Positions 39,598 to 50,711 of a DNA stretch of 64,000 bases are shown in pieces (the first letter of the stretch is position 1; each line of letters begins with the position of its first letter). Position numbers and translations under genes: made by a program. Source of the DNA: Candidatus Poribacteria bacterium (GTDB taxonomy: Bacteria > Poribacteria > WGA-4E > WGA-3G); assembly GCA_965205015.1 (NCBI GenBank), contig OZ242029.1:3296001-3360000 (forward strand), written 5' to 3'. A model generated the notes under the pieces. It saw only the letters and a program-made list of their open reading frames with translations, was not told the origin of the DNA and searched no databases.

Positions 39598-42500
39598 TTA
39601 ATCATCATCACCAGCTTCGCCTATTTCTGGCTCAGTGGCGGATACCTCTAAGTTTTGGAAACTGGAGAATCCACTTCCAGCGGGTATAAGTCTACCGAGA
39701 ATAACGTTTTCCTTCAGCCCGAAGAGTCTATCGGTCTGTCCACTAACAGCTGCATCCGTTAGCACCTTCGTTGTTTGCTGGAAGGAGGCGGCTGAGATGA
39801 AGCTATCTGTACTTAAGGCTGCTTTACTGATGCTTTGAAGAATCGGTTCACCCGTTGCAGGCGTGCCGCCTGTTTCTTCAATCTCACTATTAACGCGTTC
39901 AAATTGCTTGCGTTGCACTTCATCGTTGGGATAGAAGTTTGTGTCGCCCGGCTCAGTGATGAGAATTTTGGTTAACATCTGTCGGACGATTGCCTCAACG
40001 TGTTTATCGTTGATAATTCCCTTGCCGTAAACTTTCTGGACTTCATCGACGAGATATGACCAGACCGCCTCTTCACCCTCAACCGATACACCTTCAATAG
40101 TCGTACGCCCGATACTCAAAATATCGTGTGGATTGAGATAACCATCGGTGAGGGGTTCACCGGCATTCACCCAATCGTCTTCAGCGACGCGTCGTTTCTC
40201 GTCAGGTATCTGGTAGAGACGACTCTGATAGCCTTCGTGCTCAATGCGGTAGGCAGGGATCCCTGATTTTGTGCCAGCGGATTGGACGTAGCCTTCAATT
40301 TCAGCGATTTCTGCGGCTTCATCGCGTTTTGGACGGCGCGCTTCAAACAATTCAGTGACACGTGGGATACCCACAACAATGTCAAGGTTCGCTGTTCTTT
40401 CATGGAGTTCTGCCAGCGTTTCTCCCTTCTGAATGCTATCACCCTCTGTTAGAGAGAAGGAGTAACCTGTAGGAATGACATGGGGCACCCGATTTCCATC
40501 CGATGTTTCGACTTCAATACGCATCCGCAACGACAATTCATCGACCTCGAATCCGGGGTACCGTTTCACTGCCTGATCGTACGCTTCTTCAGACAATTCG
40601 TCGCCAAGGGCGTACTTGAAATTGGGATGATGGACCTCGGTGATGGTATGGGTCACCTTCTGATTCGCTTTCTCAAGGGCACGGAATTTCTTTGAAGATA
40701 GAATCGTCCCAACCTCGAGCGGTTCATCAACATCCCGGCTATCTTCCGTGATCCGGTAAACTAACTCAGTATCGAACCCTTTGAATTTGCGGTTATACGT
40801 CTTATATTCTTCTTCACTCAGTTCAGTACCAACCTCCAAGTTCAATTCAGAGTGATGGACACTAACGACCTTGTAGAGTCCCTTGACTTTCTCCGGTAAC
40901 GAAGCATCCGTCTTACGGAGTGCCTTATACTCGATCTCGGTGAGACGTTGACCGACACTTAACGCTGTCGTCCCATCTTCGATGTTTGTCACTTCGTACT
41001 GACGGGTAACTTCAAAGCCTTTGTAATTTCGGCGGTTTGCGGATGATTCCTTTTGTGTCAAAAGACCGTCAACTTGTAGTGGACAGTCAGGATGATTAAC
41101 CGATGTGATACGGTACATGCGTTCTGCGGCAAAGCCACCCGCGGTGCTCTTACTTTCCGAAGTGGTGAACCCAGGGTAGCGTTCATCGGACTGCTTTTTC
41201 TCATTTTCAGTAAGCAGATCTCCCGGTTTGAGATCGCAGTCCGGATGAAGTGCCTGTGTTACACGGTGGCGTAGGGGCGGTGCATCAAAACCTGGAAACC
41301 GTTTGTGTAAACGGGGTAAAGCTGTCTCGCTCAATTCTTCGCCTTCTGTAAGGGGGCATTCGGGATGATACACAACCGTCACATAGTGCTGTTCAACATC
41401 CTGTTTTTCAACTTTAAATGCGCGTTCAAGGTGTTGATACTCTGTGCGGGCATCCTCGTACTCACGGGCCGTTAACGTCTGATCGACTGCAAAATCAGCA
41501 ACGTCTGTATGTACAACGTAAACGGGTTTTGCCTCAATCTCAAATGGATTCAGCAACGGAGCGATTGCCTCTGGGGCCACTTCGTCTCCTACCTTAAATC
41601 CGAAATCTTTGCTGGTCCCCTTATCTATCTCGGTTATACAGTACACACGATTAAAGCTTGCATCCCGTCCAGAGGGATTCGCAGTATCGGGGCCATCAGC
41701 GGATCCATTCGTCCGATCAGAAGAAGCAGTACCTGCAGCTGCTGTAAGGTTTTCAATAGCAATACGCTCGCCTGTTTCTGCATCCAAGTAATGCCATTCT
41801 CCACTGACGCCTTGCCGGACCTCTGCTCTCAATTGCTCTATCTCTGCTTCAGTAAGTTGGGTGTCAACACGCAATGGAAGCTTAGGGTGTTGCACTCGCG
41901 TTACTCGGTATTTTGGGGTCACAAATCGTTGGAAGCCATATTCCATCTGTGCCTTGACGTATTCTGCCTGAGACAGTCTGTCCCCTACCTTCAGATCACA
42001 GTCGCTATCCAAAACCTCTGTGACTTGATACAGCCATGTTTTCGTATCAAAGCCTTTATAGCGTTCCGTGTTTTCCATGTACTGCTTCTCACTGAGCAGT
42101 TCATCTTCACGCAATTGACAATGCGGATGATTAATTTTCTGGACCTTATATGCTAGACCATCGAGGTTGCCTCTGTTTTCGGTAGCGACCCAGAGTTCGC
42201 CCTCCTCTTCGACCGTCCGACCGGGTTGGAAGTCTCGGAAGTACACGGTGCCGCTGGCTTTAGACAAAATTCTGCGCTGACGCGCTTCTGAAACATCTTC
42301 AACGGCACCACCGGTGTGGAACGTCCGCATGGTGAGCTGCGTCCCCGGTTCACCGATAGACTGTGCTGCAATGATGCCGACAGCTTCACCAACGTTGACG
42401 AGGTCATTCGTCGTTAAATCGTTACCGTAACATTTTGCACAAATGCCATCGTCGGTTTGGCACGTGAGTACAGATCGCACTTTTACCACGCGTATGCCAA

Positions 42501-45297
42501 GTGTGTCAATCTGGTTCGCCATCTCCGCCGATATGATAGTACCGGACGGAACAAGCGTATCTCCGTTCTCTGGGTGGAGAATGTCTTCAGCGGCGGTGCG
42601 TCCGTTAATTTTGAAAGCAAGGTCGCCTCCCTCTGTCGCAAACTTTTGAATGCTATTGAGAGTGCCGCAGTCTTCAGCAGTGACACGAACATCTTGTGCC
42701 ACATCTACCAGTTTTCGAGTCAGGTAACCGGATGCGGCGGTTTTCATCGCCGTATCCACCAAACCTTTACGGGATCCGTAGGTAGAGTTAAAGTAGTCAA
42801 GGACCTCCAGACCGTCACGATACGAGGTGGTGATCGGCGGAATGAGAATTTCACCGCTCTGCTTCGCTTTCAATCCGATAACGGCACTGATTTGCATAAA
42901 TGGATTCTTCCGTGCGCGTGCGCCACTATCTGCCATGATATGTACCGGACTGAAGCCCTCTACTGTTTTGTTGCGCACCTCTGACCCATCGGGATCGATG
43001 TATGGGTGAATCTTTCGAGGATCGGCGCGCTCAACAAGAGATGTCTCTAAACGGGGCAAATCATCGAACATCTCATCCTCAACCTCTTTGAGCGCAGCCA
43101 ACCAGATGCGAATCTGCTCGTTTTCATGTTCTTCGCGCTCGGTCGCTGTGACGTTGCTAAGGAGTTCGTCAATATCTGCCTTTGCTTTGTTCACCAAGGC
43201 ATCACGATTGTCAGGGGTGATGTAATCCCGGATGCCGGGCGAAATACCGCTCAGCGTTGCATACTCGAATGCGAGTTTCTGGACTTTCTCAAGCACTTCA
43301 GTCGTGACACGTGTGCCGAGTTCGTTAAAACACCGATGGATCAGATCAGATAATTCCCTGCCGTCAGCTTCGGCATTGAAGAATGGAAGTTGCTGCTCGG
43401 AGTTTTCATCCTCCCACTCTAAACCCGATGGCAGTACCTCGTTAAAGATAACTCTGCCCACTGTTGTTAGAATGGGTTCAGGGGTTTTCTGGCCATCCCC
43501 GTTGGATGGGAAGAAGAGTTGGATGCTGTCGTGCAGCTTAAGTCGACCCGCTGCATGAGCGGTGAGGACCTCTTCTGGGTGGGTGTAGCGACGATGAGAC
43601 CACGACTTTTCACTGAGCTTCTTAAAAGTATCAGGATCCCTTGTTGTGTAGGCATCATGGAGAAGTACTGCATCCGCTGCGTGCCCTGGCAACACCTTTG
43701 TCAGGAAACTGGGTCCGAGTACCATGTCAAGCTCCGGAACAGCAACAGGATCACCGTGTGAGGGCTTGAGAATGTTATGACTGCTGAGCATGAGGAGTTT
43801 CGCTTCAGCTTGTGCTTCCACAGTAAGTGGGACGTGAACTGCCATCTGGTCCCCGTCAAAATCGGCGTTAAACGCTTTACAGACGAGTGGCGGAATTCTG
43901 ATGGACTTGCCCTCTACTAAGACAGGCAAAAATGCCTGAATGCCGAGTCTGTGCAAAGTTGGTGGACGGTTGAGTAAAACTGGATGATCCGCAATGACTT
44001 CCTCTACGACTTCCCAGACAGGAGAATCCGAATCAACGTGTTCAGCAATATGCTTCGCCCGCTTAATAGTCTGTGTATGGCCATACGCTTGAAGTCGCTC
44101 AATGATGAACGGCTTAAACAACTCCACAGCCATTCGTTTGGGGATCCCACACTGATGCAGCCCCAATTCGGGCCCAACGACGATGACGCTACGTCCAGAG
44201 TAGTCAACCCGCTTACCGAGCAGATTCTGACGGAACCTTCCGATTTTACCTTTGAGAACATCGGCAAGAGATTTCAGCGGACGGTTACCCGGACCGGTAA
44301 CACGCCTACCGTGCCGTCCGTTGTCGAAGAATGCGTCGACTGCCTCCTGTAACATCCGTTTCTCGTTACGGAGGATGACTTCTGGAGAGCGGAGTTGTAT
44401 CAATTTACGCAATCGGTTGTTCCGATTAATAACACGGCGATACAAATCGTTCAGGTCGCTGGTAGCAAAGCGTCCACCTTCAAGAGGGACGAGAGGGCGC
44501 AAATCTGGCGGGATGACAGGAATAACATCCAGAATCATCCACTCGGGCCGCTGTCCGATTTCTGCAAAGTCAGCCATCTGTTTCAGCTGCTTGGCAATCT
44601 TCAACTTTTTCTGCTGGCTCGTTGTTTGCTCTAATTCTTCGGTTAATTTCTCTCTTTCCGTTTCGAGGTCGATATTACTCAGAATCTCGCGAACGACTTC
44701 AGCGCCGGTGCCAGCCCGAAATCCGCCCCAGTACTTATTACTGTTTTCTATGTACTCGATCTCGTTTAATACCTGTCCACGTTCAAGCGGACACTCTGGA
44801 TCCGTCACTTCAACGACAATGAACCCCTCAAAATAGAGCACACGCTCAACATCACGTGAAGAGAGTTCACAAAAAGTGCCGATGCGAGAAGGAATTCCTT
44901 TGAAGTACCATATATGCGATACAGGGGCGGCAAGTTGGATATATCCGAGCCGATCTCTGCGAACCCGCTGTTGTGTGATTTCAACACCACAGCGGTCACA
45001 TATCATCCCTTTATGTTTAATCCGTTTATACTTGCCACAGTTACACTCCCAGTCCTTTTGGGGTCCGAAGATAGCCTCACAAAAGAGGCCCTCCGGTTCA
45101 GGACGGAAGGAACGGTAGTTAATAGTCTCCGCCTTCTTAACCTCGCCGCAACTACAGGTCCCTTTCTCGGGGCAGATAAAAGGTTCATCCGCTGCCTGGG
45201 CGGGATTCCGACGTTTGCAACTGGTTTTCTTCGACTCATCTTTTATCTGATCAGGCGAGGCTATTTTTATGGAGATGCTGTCAAATGCCGTGTTCAT
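39598..45297 (-). CDS. rpoC: DNA-directed RNA polymerase beta' subunit with large insertions
   Basis: CNCGKYK..CDRC zinc finger, NADFDGD, QLTMRTFH, GLKENVILGRLIPAG; 1899 aa. Confidence 0.98.
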   Translation of the reverse strand: MNTAFDSISIKIASPDQIKDESKKTSCKRRNPAQAADEPFICPEKGTCSCGEVKKAETINYRSFRPEPEGLFCEAIFGPQKDWECNCGKYKRIKHKGMICDRCGVEITQQRVRRDRLGYIQLAAPVSHIWYFKGIPSRIGTFCELSSRDVERVLYFEGFIVVEVTDPECPLERGQVLNEIEYIENSNKYWGGFRAGTGAEVVREILSNIDLETEREKLTEELEQTTSQQKKLKIAKQLKQMADFAEIGQRPEWMILDVIPVIPPDLRPLVPLEGGRFATSDLNDLYRRVINRNNRLRKLIQLRSPEVILRNEKRMLQEAVDAFFDNGRHGRRVTGPGNRPLKSLADVLKGKIGRFRQNLLGKRVDYSGRSVIVVGPELGLHQCGIPKRMAVELFKPFIIERLQAYGHTQTIKRAKHIAEHVDSDSPVWEVVEEVIADHPVLLNRPPTLHRLGIQAFLPVLVEGKSIRIPPLVCKAFNADFDGDQMAVHVPLTVEAQAEAKLLMLSSHNILKPSHGDPVAVPELDMVLGPSFLTKVLPGHAADAVLLHDAYTTRDPDTFKKLSEKSWSHRRYTHPEEVLTAHAAGRLKLHDSIQLFFPSNGDGQKTPEPILTTVGRVIFNEVLPSGLEWEDENSEQQLPFFNAEADGRELSDLIHRCFNELGTRVTTEVLEKVQKLAFEYATLSGISPGIRDYITPDNRDALVNKAKADIDELLSNVTATEREEHENEQIRIWLAALKEVEDEMFDDLPRLETSLVERADPRKIHPYIDPDGSEVRNKTVEGFSPVHIMADSGARARKNPFMQISAVIGLKAKQSGEILIPPITTSYRDGLEVLDYFNSTYGSRKGLVDTAMKTAASGYLTRKLVDVAQDVRVTAEDCGTLNSIQKFATEGGDLAFKINGRTAAEDILHPENGDTLVPSGTIISAEMANQIDTLGIRVVKVRSVLTCQTDDGICAKCYGNDLTTNDLVNVGEAVGIIAAQSIGEPGTQLTMRTFHTGGAVEDVSEARQRRILSKASGTVYFRDFQPGRTVEEEGELWVATENRGNLDGLAYKVQKINHPHCQLREDELLSEKQYMENTERYKGFDTKTWLYQVTEVLDSDCDLKVGDRLSQAEYVKAQMEYGFQRFVTPKYRVTRVQHPKLPLRVDTQLTEAEIEQLRAEVRQGVSGEWHYLDAETGERIAIENLTAAAGTASSDRTNGSADGPDTANPSGRDASFNRVYCITEIDKGTSKDFGFKVGDEVAPEAIAPLLNPFEIEAKPVYVVHTDVADFAVDQTLTAREYEDARTEYQHLERAFKVEKQDVEQHYVTVVYHPECPLTEGEELSETALPRLHKRFPGFDAPPLRHRVTQALHPDCDLKPGDLLTENEKKQSDERYPGFTTSESKSTAGGFAAERMYRITSVNHPDCPLQVDGLLTQKESSANRRNYKGFEVTRQYEVTNIEDGTTALSVGQRLTEIEYKALRKTDASLPEKVKGLYKVVSVHHSELNLEVGTELSEEEYKTYNRKFKGFDTELVYRITEDSRDVDEPLEVGTILSSKKFRALEKANQKVTHTITEVHHPNFKYALGDELSEEAYDQAVKRYPGFEVDELSLRMRIEVETSDGNRVPHVIPTGYSFSLTEGDSIQKGETLAELHERTANLDIVVGIPRVTELFEARRPKRDEAAEIAEIEGYVQSAGTKSGIPAYRIEHEGYQSRLYQIPDEKRRVAEDDWVNAGEPLTDGYLNPHDILSIGRTTIEGVSVEGEEAVWSYLVDEVQKVYGKGIINDKHVEAIVRQMLTKILITEPGDTNFYPNDEVQRKQFERVNSEIEETGGTPATGEPILQSISKAALSTDSFISAASFQQTTKVLTDAAVSGQTDRLFGLKENVILGRLIPAGSGFSSFQNLEVSATEPEIGEAGDDD

Positions 45298-45312
45298 CAG
45301 TTCTCCTTGTAG

Positions 45313-45416
45313 TGGTTATCAGTTATCAGTTATCAGTTATCAGTTAAAGAAGCGTGTTGTCTACCGAACACCTTTTTCTGACTGACGACTGAAAACTGAA
45401 AACCGACGACTGAAAA
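45313..45416. repeat. Heptamer-repeat inverted element between rpoB and rpoC
   Basis: (GTTATCA)x4 facing CTGACGA/CTGAAAA repeats. Confidence 0.75.
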
Positions 45417-48400
45417 CTATTCTTCATCCTTATCGAGGGATACATGAAGTCCAAGGGTTTGGAGTTCGCGGACCAAGACTTTGAACGATTCCGGTGTACC
45501 GGGCGGGTCAGGGTTTAACCCTTTCACAACCGACTCGTAAATCTCTCTCCTGCCGAGAACATCATCTGATTTGAGCGTGAGCATTTCTTGGAGTGTATGG
45601 GCTGCACCATAAGCCTCCAATGCCCAGACCTCCATCTCACCGAGTCGTTGGCCCCCGTGTTGCGCCTTGCCCCCTAACGGCTGCTGTGTAACAAGCGAAT
45701 AAGGTCCCGTTGAGCGGGCATGCATTTTATCAGCAACAAGGTGGTTCAGCTTGAGGAAATAGACGTAACCCACCGTTACTTCTTGGGCAAACGGTTCACC
45801 CGTCCTACCATCAAAGAGGATGCTCTTACCGGTTTGTTTACTGCGTTCGGGAAGCGTGGTCTTACCAAGTTCTTTAAAGATTTCTTCTTCTGTCGCGCCA
45901 TCAAATACAGGGGATTCCACTTGGATACCGAGTTCATGGCACGCCCATCCGAGGTGAATTTCCAAAATCTGACCGACATTCATTCGAGAGGGCACCCCTA
46001 ACGGGTTCAGGACCAATTCAACCGGTGTCCCATCTGGGAGATAGGGCATGTCCTCAGCGGGCAAAATTTTGGCAACGACACCTTTGTTGCCATAACGGCC
46101 CGCCATCTTATCACCGACGGAAATCGGACGCTTACTTGCGACATAAACTTTGACGCGTTTAATGACGCCTGGTTTCAGTTCGTCCCCCATCTCTAACTGT
46201 TGAAGTGCCCGTTCTTTTTCCTCAGTATAAGTGGTTATCCTGCCTTGTGCCATTTCTTCAACACGTTGAATATGCTCTCTGGCATCGACCTCGGTTACAT
46301 GAATATCTGAAAAAGTCAAGCTACATGATTTACGCGCTTGTTGGTAGTTATCATCAGAAACATATTCTCCAACAGACAATGTACACTCTGGGTCGAAAAC
46401 AGCCGTAATGTGCCAGACCTTGTCGGATTTCAAATCCTTGGTTGTCTGATTGAGTGATGCCAGTTCGTCCGGCGTCAATCGCTGTCCGGCTGTTATAGGA
46501 CGCGCAGGGAAATCTCTGGATACTCGCAAAAAATCGGTGTCGGAAAGTTCTTGACCTTCGGTCAAAGGGCACTCGGGATCGAAAACTTCCTTAATTTGCC
46601 AAAACAGATCGGCTTGTAAACCGGGGTATGCCTGACTGGCGTGTGTCCATTCTTCTTCGTTCAGTCTCTGGGTCTCAACGACAGGGCATCCAGTTGCTTC
46701 AATCTGTTCGTTAACCCCAGTCTCAAATTCGGAACGCCCACACGGTTGCAACACATCTACGAGTTCATAGAAATCATAGTTATCGGGTTCTGACTCACCC
46801 TCGGTTACCAATACACCAAATCGTGCGCCTGCTGCAGTAAGCATTTCCGTTAGGTGCTCGGAATTAGACCCGTTTTCCGTGTCCTCACCGGCACAAACAG
46901 CAATGGCAATCACACTGTTATCGTAACCCTGAAGTACAACATCGGCCTCTTCTGTAGGAAAGGTTTGTTCCCCTGATTCCTTAGGTTCCGTTTCTTGGAA
47001 GAATGGTGCTGTACTCCCCAAGGTCGGTTTGCACACTTCGCTAAAGTAGTCTTGCACGGTTGAAGCATTCGCGGTATGGACCACAATAGTCGGAATAGGT
47101 TCAGGTACATCCGTTACCCGATAACCTGCTTCAGCGGTAAAGGCTTCGGCGTTTGTATCTTCGGTTACCAGATGGTACGCATCTGCAGTGAAACCGGAAA
47201 GATAAACGTCCAGAACCTCAGCCGTCAGAATATCGCCAGCGTTAGCGAAGGGTTCAGTCTCACCTTTAGTACCCGTAACCGTGTAAAGCGGATCAGCGAG
47301 TTGGCATCCGATGAGCGTTTTGCGAATTTCTTCGATTTTTCGGCGACGGATAGAAGCGATCTGCTCACGCGAAGTCTCTTCAATCTCCTTGCGTTTCGAT
47401 TCATATCGCAAATTGTCAGCCATTGATAACCCTGAGTCGCCTTGTGTCCAACCTCCGCGACGGGAGGTCGTATCCGGCTTACGGGAGAATACTTTTACGT
47501 CAATGACGACCCCTTCAACGCCGGGACGTACATAAGTGGAGGCATCCCTGACTTCTTTGACTTTTTCACCAAAGATTGCCCGTAGGAGTTTCTCTTCTGG
47601 ACCATATTCGCTTTCACCTTTCGGTGTAATCTTTCCGACGAGGATGCTGCCTGCCCCTACAACGCTCCCAACGCGGATAATGCCCTCTTCGTCGAGTTGT
47701 GTGAGACGCTGCTCGCTAACGTTCGGGATATCACGGGTTATTTCCTCTGGACCTACTTTCGTTTCACGTGCTTCCACTTCAAATTCTTCAATGTGGATAG
47801 AGGTAAAGGTGTCCTCTTTAATGAGCGTTTCACTTATCAGGATAGAGTCTTCATAATTGTGGCCGCCCCACGGCATATAAGCACATAACACATTCCGTCC
47901 GAGAGCGAGTTCACCATCTTCTGTAGAGGTGCCATCCACAATAACCTGTCCGGCTTCAACTGTATCGCCTACCGCAACGATAGGACGCTGATGGATACAG
48001 GTGCCGCTATTACTGCGTTTGAAAGTCTGGAGTTTGTAAACATCGTAGCCCATTTCGCTGAACGTATTCTCACCTTTGTCGTGGTGAAGTGTTTCACCGG
48101 TATAGATGAGAATCTCATCGGCAGAAACACTCGTGACGGTGCCGGCTCGCTGAGCGGTAATGAGCGCACCCGAATACAGTGCCGCGTGTGCTTCCATGCC
48201 TGTTCCGACGAGCGGGGCTTCTGGACGAATAAGCGGTACAGCCTGACGTTGGTGATTCGCACCCATCAAAGCACGGTTTGCGTCCTCGTGTTCCAGGAAT
48301 GGAACGAGTGCTGCAGAAATTCCGACGATTTGCTGCGGGGAAACACCGATATAGTTTACTTTCTCCATCGGGAGTGACAGCACATCCTCGCCACTGCGTA

Positions 48401-50711
48401 CCGGTAGCGCCTGCTCAGATGCATCACCATTTCCGGTTTGTTCAGCATCCGGTGGGAGAGGCTTCGCGGCGATATACGCAGTATCCTCGCTATCTGCTGT
48501 GAGATATTCCACCGGGCCCAGCACTGGTCCCTCCTCACCCGCCTCAACCGTATGATAAGGCGTTTCTATAAAGCCGTAAGGGTTTATCCGTCCGTAACAC
48601 GCCAAAGAAACGATAAGCCCGATGGACGGTCCCTCAGGTGTCTCCAAGGGGCAGACACGTCCATAGTGCGTTGGATGTACGTCCCGAACAGCTGCCGTTG
48701 CCCTATCTCGGTGAAGTCCCCCTGGACCAATCGCTGAGATACGGCGTTTATGCGTCAGTTCATCCAACGGATTAATCTGTTGCATAAACTGGGACAGTTG
48801 GTTCGATCCAAAGAATTCTCGGAGTGCCATCATCAACGGTTTCGGATTTATGAGTGAAGACGGGACGACCTTTGCAATATCGTTGTTGGTACTCAAGCGT
48901 TCGCGCGTGGTTCTGCGAATCTGGAATAAACCCATTCGGAACTGGTTTTCGAGGAGTTCACCGATAACACGCACGCGACGATTACCGAGGTGGTCCAGAT
49001 CGTCTTTCGGTTTATGTCCATTATGGACATCAAGCAGGTAAGCTATAGTCGCAGCAATATCTTCGCGACGTTGCGTTCGGAGCGTTTCTTCGGGGAAATT
49101 TCCATAAGTCGGCACATAATCAATTTTCTGATCCGGTTTCCAGCCAGGCACATCATCCGGGCACAACCCGAAATATTGACAGGTTTCGTTGAATTTTCGA
49201 TTAAGTTTGTATCGTCCAACGACCCCTAAATCGTATCGGTGCGCGTCAAAGAGCAACCATGAAAGATGTTTACGAGCGTTCTCTGTACTCGCGGGATCTC
49301 CGGGTCTCAGCGTGCGGAAAATCTCAACGAGTGCGGCATCTTGTAACGCGCCCTTTTGATCGGAGGGGACTTCATAGTCGGCTTGTCGGTCGCGCTCCAA
49401 CGTATTACGCAAGGATTGGATATGCTGGCAATCTTCCGCATCTAGGACTGTAAGTGACTCAACGCCAGCCTCACTGAGACGTTCCAATTCCGTTTCGGTG
49501 AGCAGCGTATTCGCTGTGAGGAGCACTTCGTCAGCTTTTGGATTGGTAACGTCTTCAGCTTCTGGATCGATAACGTCTTCAGCGCAGACCCTATCAACCC
49601 ATTCCTGATTGTCTGGAGACGAAAGCTGTTCAGCTGTGAACGCTTTACGTCCGTAGCGGGCACGCGCCTCTTCGTATTCTGAATTCGTTAGGACTTGTCC
49701 CGGAATGAGTTCGCATCCACTATTGTGGGTATCAATCACACGCCGAAAAAGTTCAGTTTCGAAACCCTTCCATTTTCTACGCAGATTCGTACGCTTCTTA
49801 TATGTGAGTTCTTCTCCAATCTCCAGTGGGCAGTCCGCATCGGTTACCTCTGTAACCCGGTAACACCTCTCTACCTCAAGGTCAGGGTAGTCTTTATTGG
49901 CTTGTCGAAAGTCCGCGGCATCCAGCACATCACCGGGTTTGACTTGCTTTGCGGGTCCTTCTACATGGGTAACCTGCCATCCGGCAAGCACGAGACGTTC
50001 CGTCTTGGCGTAAAGTTTCAGGATATCGGCGTCCGACTCCCAACCCAATGCGCGGAGCAGTACGGTAGCAGGCAGTTTTCTGCGTTTGTCAATGCGTACA
50101 TAAATCTGATCTTTAGTGTCTATCTCAAATTCGACCCATGCCCCTCGATACGGAATAATTTGGGCAGTCGGGGTCCGCCGTCCAGTCGGTAATGCCTTTT
50201 CAAGAAAAATAACACCGGGTGAACGCTGTAGTTGACTTACAATGACACGTTCGCTACCATTGACAATGAAGCTGCCATTTTCGGTCATTAAAGGGACTTC
50301 GCCGAGGTATACATCGGATTCTCGGATATCCACAACGTGAGGTTCATCTGCGTCCGAGTCTGCCTGCCGCTGGACAAGCATAATACGGGCAGTAAGAGAT
50401 ACCTGATACGTTACACCGCGCGCGACACACTCTTGGAGCGTATATTTCGGTTCACCAAGGCTATAATTGACAAATTCGAGACTATTAACTTCCGAAAAAT
50501 CGCGAATACCGCTCTTTTCTCCTGTCTGAAATACTTCCTTAAACACCGCTTGGAGGCCAGCATCCGAACGTTCATTAAGTGGGACCTTTCGTTGTAAGAA
50601 GGCATCATAGGCGAGTTTCTGGGTCTCTATGAGGTTCGGGAGCGGGGTTTGAACCTGCGTTTTGGCAAAAGTTTTTCTCTTCTTATTTTTCGGGCTGAGT
50701 TTTTTGTTCAC
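45417..50711 (-). CDS. rpoB: DNA-directed RNA polymerase beta subunit with large insertions
   Basis: [49 protein letters not shown]; start taken as GTG 50711 with GGGAG RBS. Confidence 0.97.
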   Translation of the reverse strand: MNKKLSPKNKKRKTFAKTQVQTPLPNLIETQKLAYDAFLQRKVPLNERSDAGLQAVFKEVFQTGEKSGIRDFSEVNSLEFVNYSLGEPKYTLQECVARGVTYQVSLTARIMLVQRQADSDADEPHVVDIRESDVYLGEVPLMTENGSFIVNGSERVIVSQLQRSPGVIFLEKALPTGRRTPTAQIIPYRGAWVEFEIDTKDQIYVRIDKRRKLPATVLLRALGWESDADILKLYAKTERLVLAGWQVTHVEGPAKQVKPGDVLDAADFRQANKDYPDLEVERCYRVTEVTDADCPLEIGEELTYKKRTNLRRKWKGFETELFRRVIDTHNSGCELIPGQVLTNSEYEEARARYGRKAFTAEQLSSPDNQEWVDRVCAEDVIDPEAEDVTNPKADEVLLTANTLLTETELERLSEAGVESLTVLDAEDCQHIQSLRNTLERDRQADYEVPSDQKGALQDAALVEIFRTLRPGDPASTENARKHLSWLLFDAHRYDLGVVGRYKLNRKFNETCQYFGLCPDDVPGWKPDQKIDYVPTYGNFPEETLRTQRREDIAATIAYLLDVHNGHKPKDDLDHLGNRRVRVIGELLENQFRMGLFQIRRTTRERLSTNNDIAKVVPSSLINPKPLMMALREFFGSNQLSQFMQQINPLDELTHKRRISAIGPGGLHRDRATAAVRDVHPTHYGRVCPLETPEGPSIGLIVSLACYGRINPYGFIETPYHTVEAGEEGPVLGPVEYLTADSEDTAYIAAKPLPPDAEQTGNGDASEQALPVRSGEDVLSLPMEKVNYIGVSPQQIVGISAALVPFLEHEDANRALMGANHQRQAVPLIRPEAPLVGTGMEAHAALYSGALITAQRAGTVTSVSADEILIYTGETLHHDKGENTFSEMGYDVYKLQTFKRSNSGTCIHQRPIVAVGDTVEAGQVIVDGTSTEDGELALGRNVLCAYMPWGGHNYEDSILISETLIKEDTFTSIHIEEFEVEARETKVGPEEITRDIPNVSEQRLTQLDEEGIIRVGSVVGAGSILVGKITPKGESEYGPEEKLLRAIFGEKVKEVRDASTYVRPGVEGVVIDVKVFSRKPDTTSRRGGWTQGDSGLSMADNLRYESKRKEIEETSREQIASIRRRKIEEIRKTLIGCQLADPLYTVTGTKGETEPFANAGDILTAEVLDVYLSGFTADAYHLVTEDTNAEAFTAEAGYRVTDVPEPIPTIVVHTANASTVQDYFSEVCKPTLGSTAPFFQETEPKESGEQTFPTEEADVVLQGYDNSVIAIAVCAGEDTENGSNSEHLTEMLTAAGARFGVLVTEGESEPDNYDFYELVDVLQPCGRSEFETGVNEQIEATGCPVVETQRLNEEEWTHASQAYPGLQADLFWQIKEVFDPECPLTEGQELSDTDFLRVSRDFPARPITAGQRLTPDELASLNQTTKDLKSDKVWHITAVFDPECTLSVGEYVSDDNYQQARKSCSLTFSDIHVTEVDAREHIQRVEEMAQGRITTYTEEKERALQQLEMGDELKPGVIKRVKVYVASKRPISVGDKMAGRYGNKGVVAKILPAEDMPYLPDGTPVELVLNPLGVPSRMNVGQILEIHLGWACHELGIQVESPVFDGATEEEIFKELGKTTLPERSKQTGKSILFDGRTGEPFAQEVTVGYVYFLKLNHLVADKMHARSTGPYSLVTQQPLGGKAQHGGQRLGEMEVWALEAYGAAHTLQEMLTLKSDDVLGRREIYESVVKGLNPDPPGTPESFKVLVRELQTLGLHVSLDKDEE

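Noticed and set aside
40385-42300. Intein in rpoC or rpoB
   Set aside because: No C/S...HN-C/S/T splice junctions or LAGLIDADG motifs; the inserts lie at known lineage-specific insertion sites and are repetitive
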